Positions 1-13,771 of a stretch of DNA of 64,000 bases are shown one piece after another. A program made the translations under genes and the position numbers. Where the stretch lies: the NCBI GenBank assembly GCA_013265495.1, contig MU058781.1, positions 7,731,009-7,795,008 of the forward strand. The letters run 5' to 3'. Numbering within the stretch: the first letter of the stretch is position 1; each line of letters starts with the position of its first letter. A model generated the notes under the pieces. The model was not told where the DNA came from. It saw only the letters and a list, made by a program, of their open reading frames with translations, and did no database searches. This DNA comes from Vicugna vicugna. Taxonomy: Eukaryota.

Positions 1-94
1 CCTCACGACAGGCAGGGACACCACCTGCAACCACAGCTCACCGTCGGCTGAGAAACGGGCACGGTCTCACATGGCGCTTGCCACCCTGAGCTCC

Positions 95-240
95 TCAGTC
101 CACAGAAAACCCTATGGAGCAGATATCACTGTCTCCGTTTAATGGCTGAGCCAACTGTTCACTGCAAGATGGATCGTTCCCCTCACGTTACACAGCCGAG
201 AATCAAGAAACCTAGGATCAAATCCTGGTTCTAAGAGCGA
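95..240 (-). mobile_element. MIR SINE fragment (degenerate)
   Basis: aaaaccctatggagcagatatcactgtctccgtttaatggctgagccaactg...tacacagc...ggatcaaatcctgg resembles the reverse of the MIR core; approximate ends. Confidence 0.55.
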
Positions 241-591
241 TTTTCTTCATACTTTCCTATGCTCTCACACCCCCTTGGAAATCAGAATCCCAATGACAAA
301 TGCTTCCACTCCTCATCACACCTTTCGATTTAAAGGAAAGGCAGAAGTCAAAGCCTCAGAGCCCCTGGACTGTAGTGACCAAATCCGCTGGTAACTCTGA
401 CCGGGAGGATAACTGCACGCATAGGTGTTTGGTGGCAGCACTGGCAGATTTCATCTAAAGATGAGCAAGTTATTCTGAGCCGGTGCTCTTTGCCAGTGTG
501 CATCCACTCAACTGCTTCTGTCTCAGAGCATCTCTGTGCTCCCACCTGACGACTTTCCCCTCGCTTGGAGGTCCTCAGCAGAGGCGCTGCG

Positions 592-626
592 GTGTGCGTG
601 CACACACACGTGCACATGCACACACA
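592..626. repeat. Alternating purine/pyrimidine (TG/CA) low-complexity tract
   Basis: gtgtgcgtgcacacacacgtgcacatgcacacaca seen directly. Confidence 0.8.
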
Positions 627-647
627 GATTCTCCTGCTCTTCAACTA

Positions 648-661
648 CCAGGAGGTGGCAG
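648..661 (+). promoter_or_regulatory. Candidate CTCF core motif
   Basis: CCAGGAGGTGGCAG, 1 mismatch to CCASYAGRKGGCRS; motif only. Confidence 0.4.
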
Positions 662-1725
662 GCTGCGAGGGCCTTTCATTCCTTTTCCATGTTGGACCTT
701 TTGATGTGTTGCCTGTACCGTTCTTCCCCAGAGCTCACAAGGCTGTCTGTGATGAGAGTTTCATCGGCAGCCAATTACAGAGAGGATGTGTGGGTGATCA
801 GAAGAGTGCAGCCTGCTGGGGGACTGTCACTTACAGAATTAAAGGCAATGCGATCATTGCTGAAGGGTTCAGTTCGGACAGGAGCTGTAACCTTCCCGCC
901 GTACTTCCAGTCATCCGAATTTGATGGGTTGTTTCTGTGTGTTTTAGGTTGTTTAATTTTTTTTTTGTTTTGTAAGCAACCGCTGCTCATATTTTAAAAT
1001 ACCTAAGAGTAATGGTAATCTCTTTGCAATGAAATATGAATGAAGGTAGCCTGCCTCCTAAAATGCAACGCTGTGAAAAGAATCCAACGACCATTTGAAT
1101 GTATACATGTAAATGAAGGCTAGTCCTGAATAGAATTTCAACATGCAAATGGAGAAAATGAAAGGAAACTGTGCCACCCTCTGTGTGTAAAAGCCAGGGA
1201 TGACGCTGTGTTAGAGCGATAAATGTAGGTGTTCTCAATTCAGAACATGTGACATTTACGCTCAATAGCCCAGCTACGGCCCCATGATGTACGTCCTGTC
1301 CTCAAATGTATACAATCAGAGCACCCATGTTATTCCATAGATTGATAACTAAATGGTAAGAAGAGTGAAAAAGAGTCTCAACTTTTATGCCTCAATTTGT
1401 CCTTAGTGAGAAATCAATCTTGATTTTTTTCTCATTTACTTCAGTCTTGACAGAAAAGCGGATCTGATTTTTCTTAAGGAACAAAAAACCGATAGAAAGA
1501 GAGAGAGAAGGGGAGGAGGCATGAGAAAGGATGACCCTGTCCCTTGGCCACCCACCAGCGCAACAAAGGATGGTCTCGTCCCACCGAGCACCCCCAGCTG
1601 CGCCTGCGATGATTTCCGTCGATTGCTAAGGAGCACACGAGACGGGCTTTGACACGTTCAAGTGTGTTTTCCGACCACGGTGAAACACGAACAGAAGAGC
1701 TGTGTGTTTAACCAACATAAGCAGA

Positions 1726-2103
1726 TGTCAAGGAGTGCAAAAATATGCCACTTTGGAAGTCAGTATGTCTGTGTATTTGTGCCAGCATATGCCCAGAACA
1801 CGAGTATTCTGAGCGGTAAGCGTGCGGAGTAATGAGGAAAGGAACAACACTCTTCTACTGAAAAAAAAAAAAAAAGCCTGTCGTAATTTCAGTAAGTTGA
1901 AAGCACCTTAGTATGGCAACACTTCACATCTGTTCAGGACAGTGGGAGGTGGGCAGGTTGCTGTGGATGCTGAAGGGAGAACCCTGAGAGAAGGTGGGGG
2001 TGTCCTGGTCCCCCATCTTCTCAGTCTGCCTGCCTTCCGAATAAAACTGGAATTATTCCTTGCCCCAGCACCTCGTCTCCCAATTTATTTGGACTCGGTA
2101 ACA
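1726..2103 (+). mobile_element. ERV1 (MER4-group: MER34/MER39/MER41-like) solo LTR, internally deleted
   Basis: 2008-2103 (ccccatcttctcagtctg...ccgaataaa...ttccttgccccagcacctcgtctccc...ttggactcggtaaca) matches the 3' ends of the LTRs at 48.2 and 55.3 kb; 5' part (aaaatatgccactttgg) resembles MER34-type starts; 5' boundary uncertain. Confidence 0.7.
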
Positions 2104-2119
2104 CCACCAAAATAAACAG

Positions 2120-2680
2120 CCTCATATGTATCCTTTTGACAACTTTCTCCATGCTCTTAGCATCACAGGCCTGGTTTAAGGAATCACAGTGCAGATATTT
2201 CTTTTTGTTTTGCTTTGCACTCTCCTAACAGTACAGTCTAGCAATAATCCCTGGTCAATAAATACAGATACAGCTCACTCCTTTTAAAAGCCCCAAAACA
2301 TTTCATTATATGACCATACCACGGTTTATTCCACCACTTCCCTAATCATGAGTATTCAGGTTTCTCACAATTTCTTGGCACCACAAACACAGCTATTAAT
2401 AAACAACCTTCTACTGTCTTTTTAAACATCTTAGTTTTAAACTAATTCCCTCTAAATTATTTCTGGACATCTAATATCCATACATACAGGTGCTTTTATT
2501 TCTAGGATGTGATGAGGACCCAGAAGAAATGGCCAGGTCAATATGTACGTGTATTTTTTAAAACAGATGTTTCTGTAATAGTTTTCCATAAGCGTGAAGA
2601 AATTTTCATGACCACCAGCAATACAGGCTACGCCCTTCTCTCCACAACTCAGCCCTGCCACCAGCTCCTCCACCTCTAGT
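2120..2680 (-). mobile_element. Old L1M (L1ME/MC-like) 3' fragment
   Basis: tttcattatatgaccataccacggtttattccaccacttccct...tattcaggtttctcacaattt...accaccagcaatac typical of reverse L1M 3' end. Confidence 0.6.
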
Positions 2681-3574
2681 CTTACCAGCACATCTTCATT
2701 TTGAATAACCATCCCTGGGGCCCTGATTCCAGCCCCAGGAGCACCAGCATGAGACACAAGGCCTCTACTTCCCCAGCTCTTCCGTCTTGCTCCTGACCCT
2801 AGAGCGGGCTCTGTGGCCACATCAGTGGTCCATTAGGGCCGAGCCTGCTGTGCTCCCACCTGGCTGCTGCCTCCCACGTGTGAGATCCACACATTCCAGC
2901 TTCTCCGTGCTCCAGCTGGCTTCAGTGGTCCTCTCCCTGAAGGGGAGAAACGCCTTTTACCTCTACTTCTCTGGGGCTTCTTGAGTGCCCCACATCCTAA
3001 CAGACAGCTGTGGAATTCTTTGTTTCTCTTTGTAACTGGCTCTGTTTTCATCTTCCAGCGCCTTCTCCACCTAAAGCTCTGGGGAAAAAAAATCTGCAGG
3101 GTAATCGAGCAGGACTTGAGGACGACCTGAACACTGTGCATAAGCCGTATGTACTCACAGTACTCCTTCATTTCACTCGCTGCACACTGACTACGTTCCT
3201 GGGGAAAGTTTCCTACACCACTGATTTCTTTTAGGTTCCATGGTCTTAGCTCATCACCAGCCTTCCTGATATATTTGAATCTGCAGTGTCCACATCCTGG
3301 CACCCCCTTCAGAATCACAAAGGGTCATCCCTATGTACGGGTGTCAAGGGGAAGCGACTTTTCCTCGTTATCTGTTCTTCCCTAACAGGAATTTTCAATA
3401 TTGACTAATGGATGGTCTTCGCGCTAACGTTATCTGATCCTGTCCTACGAATGAGCACATGGTCAATTACACAGAGCATAAGAGAAATCTAGAAAAGATT
3501 AAAAGAAGAAAAAGATAAGCTTGGAAAAACTGGAATAGTCTTTGCTGCTTCTTTCAAATATTACTTCTTTTCTC

Positions 3575-3710
3575 TTGTGGCAGCTCATACACACACACAA
3601 AATGTGACAATGAATGTATGTATGTTCATGTATAACTGAAAAATTGTGCTCTACACTGGAATTTGACACAAAATTATAAAATGACTATGACTCAATAAAA
3701 ATTGTTTAAA
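3575..3710 (+). mobile_element. 5'-truncated camelid-type L1 3' end with 19-bp TSD
   Basis: aatgtgacaatgaatgtatgtatgttcatgtataactgaaaaattgtgctctacactggaatttgacaca...ctcaataaaa; flanked by aaatatta(c/t)ttcttttctc at 3556-3574 and 3711-3729. Confidence 0.9.
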
Positions 3711-4624
3711 AAATATTATTTCTTTTCTCCTGGAAGACAGGGTGGAGAGAAAGAAGGTGGAATTTCAGAGCAGCATCTGCCGTGATACGCGTATGAGTAC
3801 AGACCATGGTCACATGCTCTAGCCTCTGTGACACTGGAAGTAGTAAGAGAAAATGTGTTTAACTGGGACCAGAATAAGCCTTTTTCCTTTTGATCTGTCT
3901 TTGACCCTGAGTTATTAATTATTCTCAGAAGAACAATACAGATCAACGTGATGGACATCCCAAGAACCAAAGATATTTCCTTTCATGGAAATGTCTCCAG
4001 AAGTCACAGTGGATGAGCTAACCCAGCTGGGGACACAGGTACAATTCTCTTCTCTCTGCATCATCTTTCCTGACTAGGCAGGCAACTGAATGGCTCCGAA
4101 AGTGAGACCACCGTGATACGAAACAAGGTTGACGACTTGCCTCTAACAGGATGAATCTGACACACTGTATCACCTTGTAGAGATGCAAGTGCCAAAAGCA
4201 CAGCTGGGATTTTGATGAGTAATAATGAATAAATCTGAATAATTAAATATATCTATTCTTAGGAGTTACTTGACCCAATAATTATCACCCAGAAAAAGTA
4301 AGTGTGTGTTTGAAATCCACATTTTATCACCAGTGATGGGCCTGTCAGTTCCATCCCATGAGCTAGTTTTTCTTACCAGCTAATGTTAATATTAAAAAAG
4401 TCCCTGGAAATCAGTTTATAACCATATATGCTTACAGGGTCTATGGATTATAAGCTATCAAAATAATTTACGACTCATGGTCAGAACATCTAACACCCTG
4501 ATTCATTTAAAAACAAATATAATCCAACCAAACAGAATTTCACACTTCTCACTCCAGCAACTTCACTACAAGAAAGAAAAAAAGACAAGGAAACAGATCA
4601 ACATTTATATATTGGCTACATTTA

Positions 4625-4810
4625 AAATGCTGAACACTTTATGTTCATGGTCCCCTTAATCCTCACGACCATTTTATTCTTAGCCCTTGGTTATAAGGAA
4701 GCTGAAGACTTGAGAAATAAAGCCCCTTGCCCTGTTCACAGAGCGGTCAATGAGAGAGGCAGGATTAAACCCTGATCCGAGTCAGAGCCAACAACCCAGG
4801 CTCTTCCCAC
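4625..4810 (-). mobile_element. MIR SINE
   Basis: ttaatcctcacgacc...aggaagctgaagacttgagaaa...ttgccctgttcacagagc...ggcaggattaaaccc. Confidence 0.7.
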
Positions 4811-5013
4811 GTTTCCCAACCAGAGACATGTGTCTCACCAGGAGAACTCATCAGAGTTCCAGGGACAAGGACACCCACTGCATAATTCAATAAAAGAAAG
4901 GAAGAGAAAACAAAACCAGAATTAAGTCATTTAGTTAATAATTCATCTCAAGCTACGTGTAGAGTAGAATCCAGCAGTCACGTAGATTTTTCAAAATAAA
5001 CTGACATTTCAAG

Positions 5014-5533
5014 TATTACAAAAGCTCCTCCATGTCCCGTTTCTCCCAAGCCTTCCTGGAGTGCCGAAGAGCAAGACTCAAGCAGGCAACCTCAGAGCAA
5101 GAGAGTCTCAGGACTCCCAGTTTCTCCAGAAAGGCAGTAGGTAACAATCTGCTGCACACTTTTGAGTTGTTCTGCAGAAACTTAAGACCCCACCCAGGTA
5201 GAGGATGTGACTACACACTGACCACAAGCATGTAGACCCAGTAGACCCAAGACTGGCTGGAACCAGAAAGTTGATGATTAAGATTCAGGACATCACCCTG
5301 GTACCTCACCACCAACCAATCAGAAGAATCATGAGCTGATCAGGCATCCTAGGACCCTCTCCCCTAACACTATCTTTAAAAACCCTTGCGAAAGCCACCG
5401 GGGAGTTAGGTCTTCTGAGCATGAGCTGCCCATTCTCCTTGCTTGGCGCCCTGCAGATAAACTCTTACTTTGCTGCAAACACCCACTGCTTGGCTTTTTG
5501 CCCTGCGGGCACCTGAGCCCCTGCTTGGTAACA
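5014..5533 (+). mobile_element. ERV1-type solo LTR
   Basis: ~520 bp with CCAAT (accaatcag ~5316), TATA-like tttaaaaa, R/U5 gagctgcccattctccttgcttggcgccctgca, ending cttggtaaca; 5' end approximate. Confidence 0.8.
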
Positions 5534-5956
5534 GAACAATGGAAGTATGAAGTTGTTTTCATGGTTTTTGCCAAATGTTTCTCTCGAGAAAAGACGACTC
5601 AGACTCATTACATCACTGTGTTATTCGCAAGGTCAGGGTACACGAACAGCCCTGGGTGACATGTCAGACCACGTACCAAGACTCAGGGTACTGGACTGAC
5701 AGCATGGACAACTTTCAGGTCAGCCCCTTAAGTGGGTTCTGCTGGGCACCCTGAAATTTATTAGGAAATCAGCCCATGATAAAGAACACGTTGATTTAAA
5801 CTCCAAAACCCTTCAGGGACAGTATTTATGGATAAGCAGTAATAATAGATCACAGAGATCGTATTTAGAGTGACCAGACAGAAATATGAGGCAGAAAAGG
5901 AAAAGTTCTAGATTTCAAGTTCTATGTCTTCAGCACGGGTTTACTGGCGTAGATGA

Positions 5957-6189
5957 CTGCTTTTCAAATGGTCAGTCATATAGTCAATCAAGTGGCACTG
6001 ACCAAGTGTTCTTTTAAAAGAAAACAGAACAGAAAATAGCAGAGTATACTGCCCATAGTAAAAGTAAATACTGTTGAGGTAAAGTTTCACTTCAATTATA
6101 CGTGTAAATGTGCAAGTAAATTTCTGAGGAGTGGGTCACACTCTATGAGATTTCTTAGCATATGTTAAAATAAAATTTGGAAGTCATTG
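5957..6189. mobile_element. hAT-Charlie MITE (Charlie4-like)
   Basis: gcttttcaaa...agaacagaaaatagcagagt...tagtaaaagtaaatactgtt...tgggtcac...atttctta...aaatttggaagtcattg matches recalled consensus layout. Confidence 0.6.
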
Positions 6190-6349
6190 AGATGACACCT
6201 ATGGTGAATTGTTCAGAAAGATATGCACTGAAGAACAATCCAGCTCCTGGAAACAAAAAAATAGCTCAAGACTTGTGGTCCAGACATCAGCCTAAAAATC
6301 TGGCGTCAGCAATCTCCCACACAGAAAGCGGCAGGGATACTAAAATGCA

Positions 6350-6598
6350 CTGGATTGTCACTATGGGCCAAACACATTGTATACTTTATGTATCACAAGT
6401 TACACATATTAGTTTATTTCTTCCACAACCCTCTTGCTTGATTATTATATCTCTCCTCCCTCTTTTCATGGTTGAATAAAATACGCCTTAGAAAAGTAAA
6501 TGAATAACTTGCTTAATGTCATAGATTTGAGTCAAGCTAGATTTGAACCAGGTCTATCTGACGGTAAAGCTCACATACTTTTCACGGCACTGCTGTCT
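6350..6598 (-). mobile_element. MIR SINE
   Basis: tccacaaccctc...aataacttgcttaatgtcatag...gctagatttgaaccaggtctatctgac...aaagctcac. Confidence 0.75.
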
Positions 6599-9500
6599 CC
6601 ACAAACTAGCACGTTCCTCTTATCCCCAGTGCCGAGAGAAACACGTGATGCCAGTGCTTTTAGAAAATGCAATGTGAATCTTCTTTGGGATGACTAAGGG
6701 TTTTGGAAGCTGGGCTGAACCAAATATTACAGTTGGAAAAAAAATTTTTTTAACGAGTAGTGGAAGGAAAAAAGGCTAGAATGTGGAGAGAATTATAGAC
6801 AGATAAGGTCTCTGACCCCAGACACATCGTTTTAGAACTACACTCTTGAAAAACAAAGTTTAAAAAAGGGTGGTAGGGTTGGGTGGGGAGAATGCTGAAT
6901 TCAGCGTTCACAAAGTAATGAACAGCTGGAGTGTTTCTGCATGATTTACCCTAATGTAGCAAGTCTGGAATTTTTAAGTTTTGGGGAGGAGAGATGAGAT
7001 GAAGTTCACGTCAGTTTTTGGTTATCTTTGTAACAGTTACTCTTTGACACCTAGGAATCTTCGACTTGAAAATCTAGATAATTGGGAGTTATCCCCAGAG
7101 CTTGGAGCATTAAGTTCCCACCTAAGGACCCATCACCCATGGAAAGGGGCCTCTTTGTGTGGAGGCACGTCCTGGTTCCCTGGGCACAGCCCACGCCTCT
7201 TCACCAGGCACAGGAGTAGCATCTCGATGAGGACAAGGTCACGGGAGACCTTCCTCCAAACACTGAGCTTCTGGTTCATTCAAGTTTCTGTGTGGGGTTC
7301 CTGGACAACACCATGGAGACCAGACAGATGTGCCAGCACACTAGGAACATCTGGAGAGTTTAGCTGAGTGGGCCAGGATATGCTCCAGAGGTATGATGAC
7401 CTCTCCTCGTTTGCAGTGACAGAAACTTTTATTTCAAGACTGGCAGGGTCCCCCCTCAACCTGCCAGGTCACATCTCTAAGCAAAAGATGAACAGTACTG
7501 CTACAGTCTCGCCACACTTTAAAGACTCTGTATGGACCGTAAATTGGCTTGAATAAAATATGAAGACTCTGACTCTGATTCCAGTGCCCCAGTGAGACAG
7601 TCTCAGTGCCCATGGGGGATGGGGGAAGAGGGTGCGATTCTCCCAATCAAGTAACTAAACAGCAGCTGTTCCCACAGGCAAGCCACACAAATGACTCTGC
7701 TTCTGAGACAGGCTTACACCAAATCCAAACTAATCTTTGTGAAACTGCTCTAAATGATTAGTGTTAACAAGCGTCTACTAAGACGGTTGCATTATTTTCT
7801 TCCTTCTGGATTTCAGAGCCCAGAGAACCCCTCCCGCCCTCCCTTCTTATTTTGTCATTCCATTGCAGCATCTTTTTCCCACTCCTACAAAGAAAAAAAT
7901 GCCAAGAATCTGCACCAAGATATGGTTGTTAGAAAAAAAAAAAAACAAAAACAGAAAAACTGCTCATTCCTATTCAGGGCATGGACTGTGGATCTGCCCA
8001 ATTATTTAGTACAAATCAGTAGGTGACTTTGAGCCCCTGGAGTTACGTAGGCAGACCAAATCCTTGAATGTATCACCTCTTAACATTCGGGGGGTGAGAG
8101 AATGAGCGACAGAGTCCAACTCAAGGTCTCATTCTGCCTGTAATTATTTCTCTTCTTTCTTTTTCTTTCTGCCAGTGGCCTTTTACTTCAAATGGTGCCA
8201 GCTTCCCTAAAGGTTTGAGGCCGTTACTCAAGTCAGGATTCAGGACTGCTTCTCAAAACGTCTACCTGGTCCAAATGCTGCCCAGCTTGGTCGCTTTCCT
8301 AAGCTGATGAAGAATTAGGTACAGGTCAAGACCAACGATGGGTTAAAGACACAGCCTCCAGAGTCACCTTCCCAAATAGTGTCAGAGAAGTACTGAGCCA
8401 CCGTGGCTGCTTATTTCCACCTGCCTCTGGAGGATTTTCCGTTTGGGGCGATACTTTCACAGCTGGGGAAGAGGCGAAACAGTACTTGGGGAAGAAGACC
8501 AGCAGAATGAAGTGCTGACCCGTCACTGAGGGACAAAGGGCAGTTAAGAGCCTGGAGCTGAAGCCTGCGGAGCGGCGGGGTGAGTGACGTGCAGGAAATG
8601 CACCCGCTGTCTTTTTACTGGATATTCATCCCTTCGACGTCTGCCAACAGCCCTTACTCTCAATCTGTTGCTCTACTATGCTTTTTCTCTTCTCCCCACA
8701 AGAAAATGAATAAATGAAAAAGACAGCCAACTCGATTTCTGGGTCCCAACAAGAAATACGTCAGAAAGCATTACTGTGTAAAACGAGCAGGAGGTTGGGA
8801 GGAAGACACCTGGACTGGCAGCCCGGCTGCACCACTGTCACCCCGCTGCTGTGCGAGCTCCCGAGTAACGAGAGACAGTAACTTTTTGTTCCTTCCATAC
8901 GCTCTTTCTCCCAGTCAGCTTGGCACTATACCTATACGTACGGCTGCCTCTGTCAAGAGAAACAGGGATAAGAAAATGGCTAGAAGTGATCAAACAACAA
9001 AAAATGTTATGATTCTTGTCCCTTAGTTTCAAGGCAAGTGTAAGTACAATGTAAACCTGGGCTGCTTCCCACTGTGATTTCTCCTACTGAATGAATCTCT
9101 TTCATTCATCTCACTTGATTTAATTTTGTGCCTACGCTGCTCTGCTTTTCACAAATTCTTCAGGCATGTCTCCCTATCGTCAGTTTTTGAATCAAGAGCA
9201 ACCTGATGGCTTGATTCACAAATGCAATGATTTTCCTGAAAGGTTCAAGTCCAAGGTTTCAACCAGTTCTCTTTTACTCTGAAATGGCTCCAGAAGTATC
9301 AGGCTTCTGGGAGCCAAGACTCAAGACAAGAGACAGACAAGGCTATGTCTAGATGACATAAAACCAGTCACCTTGTAATCAATTAATCAATTGTGCATCA
9401 AGAAAAATGTTCCAGCCAGTAAAGATGCTTAGCAGAAAAACTGCCTGGCAAATTATACAAAAAGAAAACCATCACGCATGTGAATTTTTCATTTCTTATT

Positions 9501-11849
9501 AGCTGTCTTAGTAGACGGATACTAGAAATACAGATACTAGTTACAGATATGCGAAGGAAATAAGGGATAAAAGCAGCTGACTGATTATTTCTTGGGATCT
9601 GGAAAATGAGTTTTCAATGAGCATTCTATGGAGGTAGCGAATTGGATATTATATATTTTATATACACATTTCTTAGTTAAATTTCAACAAAAGAAACATG
9701 GCGTAAAAAAAAGAACTAAGACAACTTCTTCTTTTCAAGTGAAAGTTACTTTTCAGATTTATTTTTGTTGTTTTGTCTGCGATTTCCCTGTTTCTTCTAA
9801 AGGGCAAAGTAGTAAAATTCCAGAGTCCAGCTGCACTCTTTTAAACTTAGTTTCCACTTAGCTCTCCTGACATACTCCTGATGTAAATGTTACCACCAGC
9901 TTTGTTCTTCCCAAGTTCTGTCCTTAGGTGACCCTCTGTTAAAATGTTCAGGGACTGATTATCCAGATAGCGAAGTCCTCTCCCTTCCCTTTATTCCTAA
10001 CTTTTACCCATCTTTCTCCACATGAGCGCTGCGCTCTGCCCGCAAAAGAAGGGCAGGACAGTAAAAGCTGTTCAGGGTTTTGGCAGAAAGATCAACTGTA
10101 TTAGAAATTAAAAGGAGTGTCTCAAACAAGGTCCGGGGTTATCTGTGGTTTCTGTACATCCGTGATTTAAGAGTTAGCTGTATTTCACCATAACCACTAG
10201 CCGAATGAAGATATTAAGAACGAACTCTCTGGGCTGCAACATCTCATTTAATCCTGGGGATGGTCCAGAAGAGGCCACCGTGTAAAGAGATAAACCAGGG
10301 TCTTCTGTTTCCCCTTTCTCCCCAGCCACCTCTAACGAAGGGGTAACTGCTCCATGTAAATTTTTAAAAGCAAATTTGAACGTTCTGCCTCTACTAATAA
10401 GCACCCAGACGATCAAATACAGACATTACTCACACAATATCAGCATTGCTGAAACTACAAACACATCATTTTCTACTGCAAGCTGAGCAAGAAACAGCTA
10501 TTTTTATGAATCTGCAGAGTGATTCGATTGTGTACAAAAGGAGAGAGTGAAAACCACACCAGAGTGAAAACCGTATTACACACATGAGGGAAGATGACTT
10601 AACAGTCTGTGCACAAGTATTAGATTTGGAATGAAGTTCATTTGAGCCCTTGGCTGCAGCAATATGTTCGAGAACTTTTCACGAGAAATGTATTGTTAAT
10701 GAATAAACATTTTGTTACTGATGTCATAATGGTGATTTTTTTTTGGTCTAGATTTTCCACATTATTTCTAGATCACTTGTTATTACGGCTTTGTCAAGAA
10801 ACATATTTGAATAACTAGTAACTGGTGAGTGTTCTTCCAGGAGCTAATCGCTCTCTTACAAACGCAAATGCAGAATTTTGTATGTAACGACTTCCTTGGT
10901 GTGGTCCACATTCATTACGGTGTTTGAAAAGGTTAGAGAAACCCATGGGCAGGTTATTTTTAGGATTATATGAAGTATTCAACATCAAAAATAAATTAGA
11001 AATGATGGGCACATATTAGATGTTCTATAAACGTTAGCTGTGAAGGATGATCTATTTCCAAGTCTGGAAATGTTCTACTTCCTAAATGGAAATGTCCCCA
11101 TTTTTGCTTCTCCATCATTCCTTATTCAGTGACACTGGGATGAATATTTGGTCCAGCCCCTTTCAATCTTTGTCTGTCTGTCTGTCTCTCTCTCACTTTC
11201 CATATACAAAATGCAAAATGTAAAGTTCAAAATGAAAAAAAAAGGTTTACTAGTTAGAGAAGAACAATTTCTTGAGATGCTTGTCAGATAAAAACACACA
11301 CTTACTTTTTTCTTTTTTGTTTGACTTACTAGATTTTTAATCATGTTTGGCAAAAAAATGTGAAGGGATAAAAATAGAAAATTAAACCCCAGGCTATTTG
11401 CTTGGGCAAACTTATGAGTTAAAATAACCAACTCAAAAGAAAAAAAATAATCAACAACTCAGTCATTAAGGTAAAATGAATTTAGCTTCAGACACTGTAA
11501 TCTCCCTTATTTCAGTGTCCTCCATTTGCTTATGGCAATAAAATTGCATTAAATATGTATTATTGGGGAAAACTCATATTTATTTTTTATAGTATCACTA
11601 TCGACTCCAGGGAACCTAGATGCCAATGATAAAAGCAAGACACCTGGTACCTTTCTAATACAGCCGCATATCTTTGCTAACACAACTGATCTGACAGAAA
11701 GCAATCATTTTAATAGTTCAGATTACCTTCGGGTTTAGAGATGCATTTGCATTTATCTGTGTACATGAACACACACATGTACGCACACATATACAGACAC
11801 ATATATCCACCCACCTATTCGCACACAAACATACATGGAGAAAGTTATA

Positions 11850-13771
11850 CCAAAAATGCAGTTTAGTGTCCTTCCTAAAAGAATTTAATATTTATCACAG
11901 ACCTCACAGTTGATGTTTTTGGCAACCCTACCTACGCATGCAAATACCATCCAAACAAGATACAGAACAATTCCATCACTGGAAAAGCACCCTTGAGTGT
12001 CTTTCCAAATTCCCGCTCTCCAGAGGCAACTTACTAAGTTCTATCACAGCAAATTAGTTTTGCCTGTCCTTGGAATTCAAGTGAATGGAAAAACACAGTG
12101 TGTTTTCTCATGTCTCTGGCTTCTTTTACTCAACATAATGATCATTTTACGCTGTTGAGTTTATCATAATTTGTTTCTTTTGACTGGCATACCTTATGAA
12201 TAATCCACAAATTATTTACCCATGTTTCTGTTGATAAATATTTGGTTTGTTTCTCTTTCCTATTAATAATAAAACTAATATCAACAGCTTATAAAAGACA
12301 TTGTGTGGACATATGTTTTTAGTTTTCCTGAATAAATACCTAGGAGTGAAATTCCTGGATTATGGGTAAGTATATGTCTAACTTTACAAGAAACTGCCAA
12401 ACTGTTTTCCAATATGGTTGGGCCACTCCTATCGGCAATGTGTAAGAGTTCCAAATGTCCCACATTCTTGCTAATATTTGGAATTACTGGTCTTTTACTT
12501 CTTTGTCTTTTTTTGGCCAACATATTTGATATAAAATAGTACCTCGTTACGGACTTAATTTACTTTTCCTCCGTGACTAATGATGTTGAGTATATGTTAA
12601 TGTGTTTATTGGCCTTTTTTGAAAACTATACGTGTAAGCCTTTTAATCGTTTTACATTGGGGCTGTTTGTTTTGTAGGAGTTTATATACTTTGGATAAAA
12701 TTCCTTCATGAGATACATGCATTACAAGCGTGTTTTTCTAGTCTTACGCTTGCATTTCCATGCTTAATGGAGGCTATAGTAAGAAAAATATTTTAATTTG
12801 GATGAATTCCAATTTGCCAATTTGTAATTTCTTTGTGCTTTAAGAAATCTTTGCCTATCTCAAAATGACAAAGATATTCTCCTTTGTTTGCTAAAAAACT
12901 AAATGATCAAAAATTAGTTATCTATATGTGGGTGAGCCTCTTCCTGGACTCTGCTTTGTTATGTTGATCCATTTTTCCGTCTGAACACCAATACCACACT
13001 GTCTTGATTACTGTAGCTTAATGTGAAATTTGAAATGATATACTGTTAATCTTCCAACTTTGTTCTTTTTCAAAGGTGTTTTGGTTACTTCAGGTACTTT
13101 GCATTTCATATGAAATTTAGAATCAACTTATCCATGTCCATTTCTAGCAAAAAAAAAAATCCCCCATAACTTCTGGAATATTGATAGGGTTGCACTTAAC
13201 ACTACAGATCAACTTAGGGAGAACTGACAGCTTAAAAATACTGAGATTTCTAATCTGTGTACAAGGTGTATCTTTCTACATATTTAGATCCTCTTTAATT
13301 TTTCTCAGGAATGTTTTGAAGTTTTTAGCATACAAATCCTGAAACCTTAAGTCAAATCTATCCTTTCGTATTTTTGATGCTGTTATAAATGGTATTTCTA
13401 CTTCAGTTGCTCATTGATAATATATAAAGTATCATTGATTTTTATACATTGACCTTGTATTATGCAAGGTGGCCAAACTCACTTGTGTGTTCGTGTGTGT
13501 GTGTGTGTGGCTTTCTATAGATAGATTCCACTGGATTTTCTACATAGACGATTATGTCATCTGAGAATAATGACAGTTTTGCTTCTTTCTGTGCCTTTTA
13601 TTTCTTTTTCTTGCCTAAGTGCACTGGCTAGACCCTTAAGTTCAATGTTCAGTAGAAATGATGAGAGTGAACATTCCTGTCCATTGCCTGTTCCTGCTCT
13701 TAAGGGAAAAGCATTTAGTCTTTCACCGTCAAGTATCATGTTAGTTGTACGTTTTTCCTAGATGCTCCTTA
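11850..13771 (-). mobile_element. Old L1M element (3' UTR plus ORF2 3' half, internally deleted)
   Basis: Reverse L1 3' UTR motifs (ccagaggcaac, ttagttttgcctgtccttgga, cctaggagtgaaattcctgga) and ORF2 RT peptide ILDGERLNAFPLR..G..QEC.LS..LLNI.L..LA.ALRQEKEIKG at 13557-13739. Confidence 0.92.
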
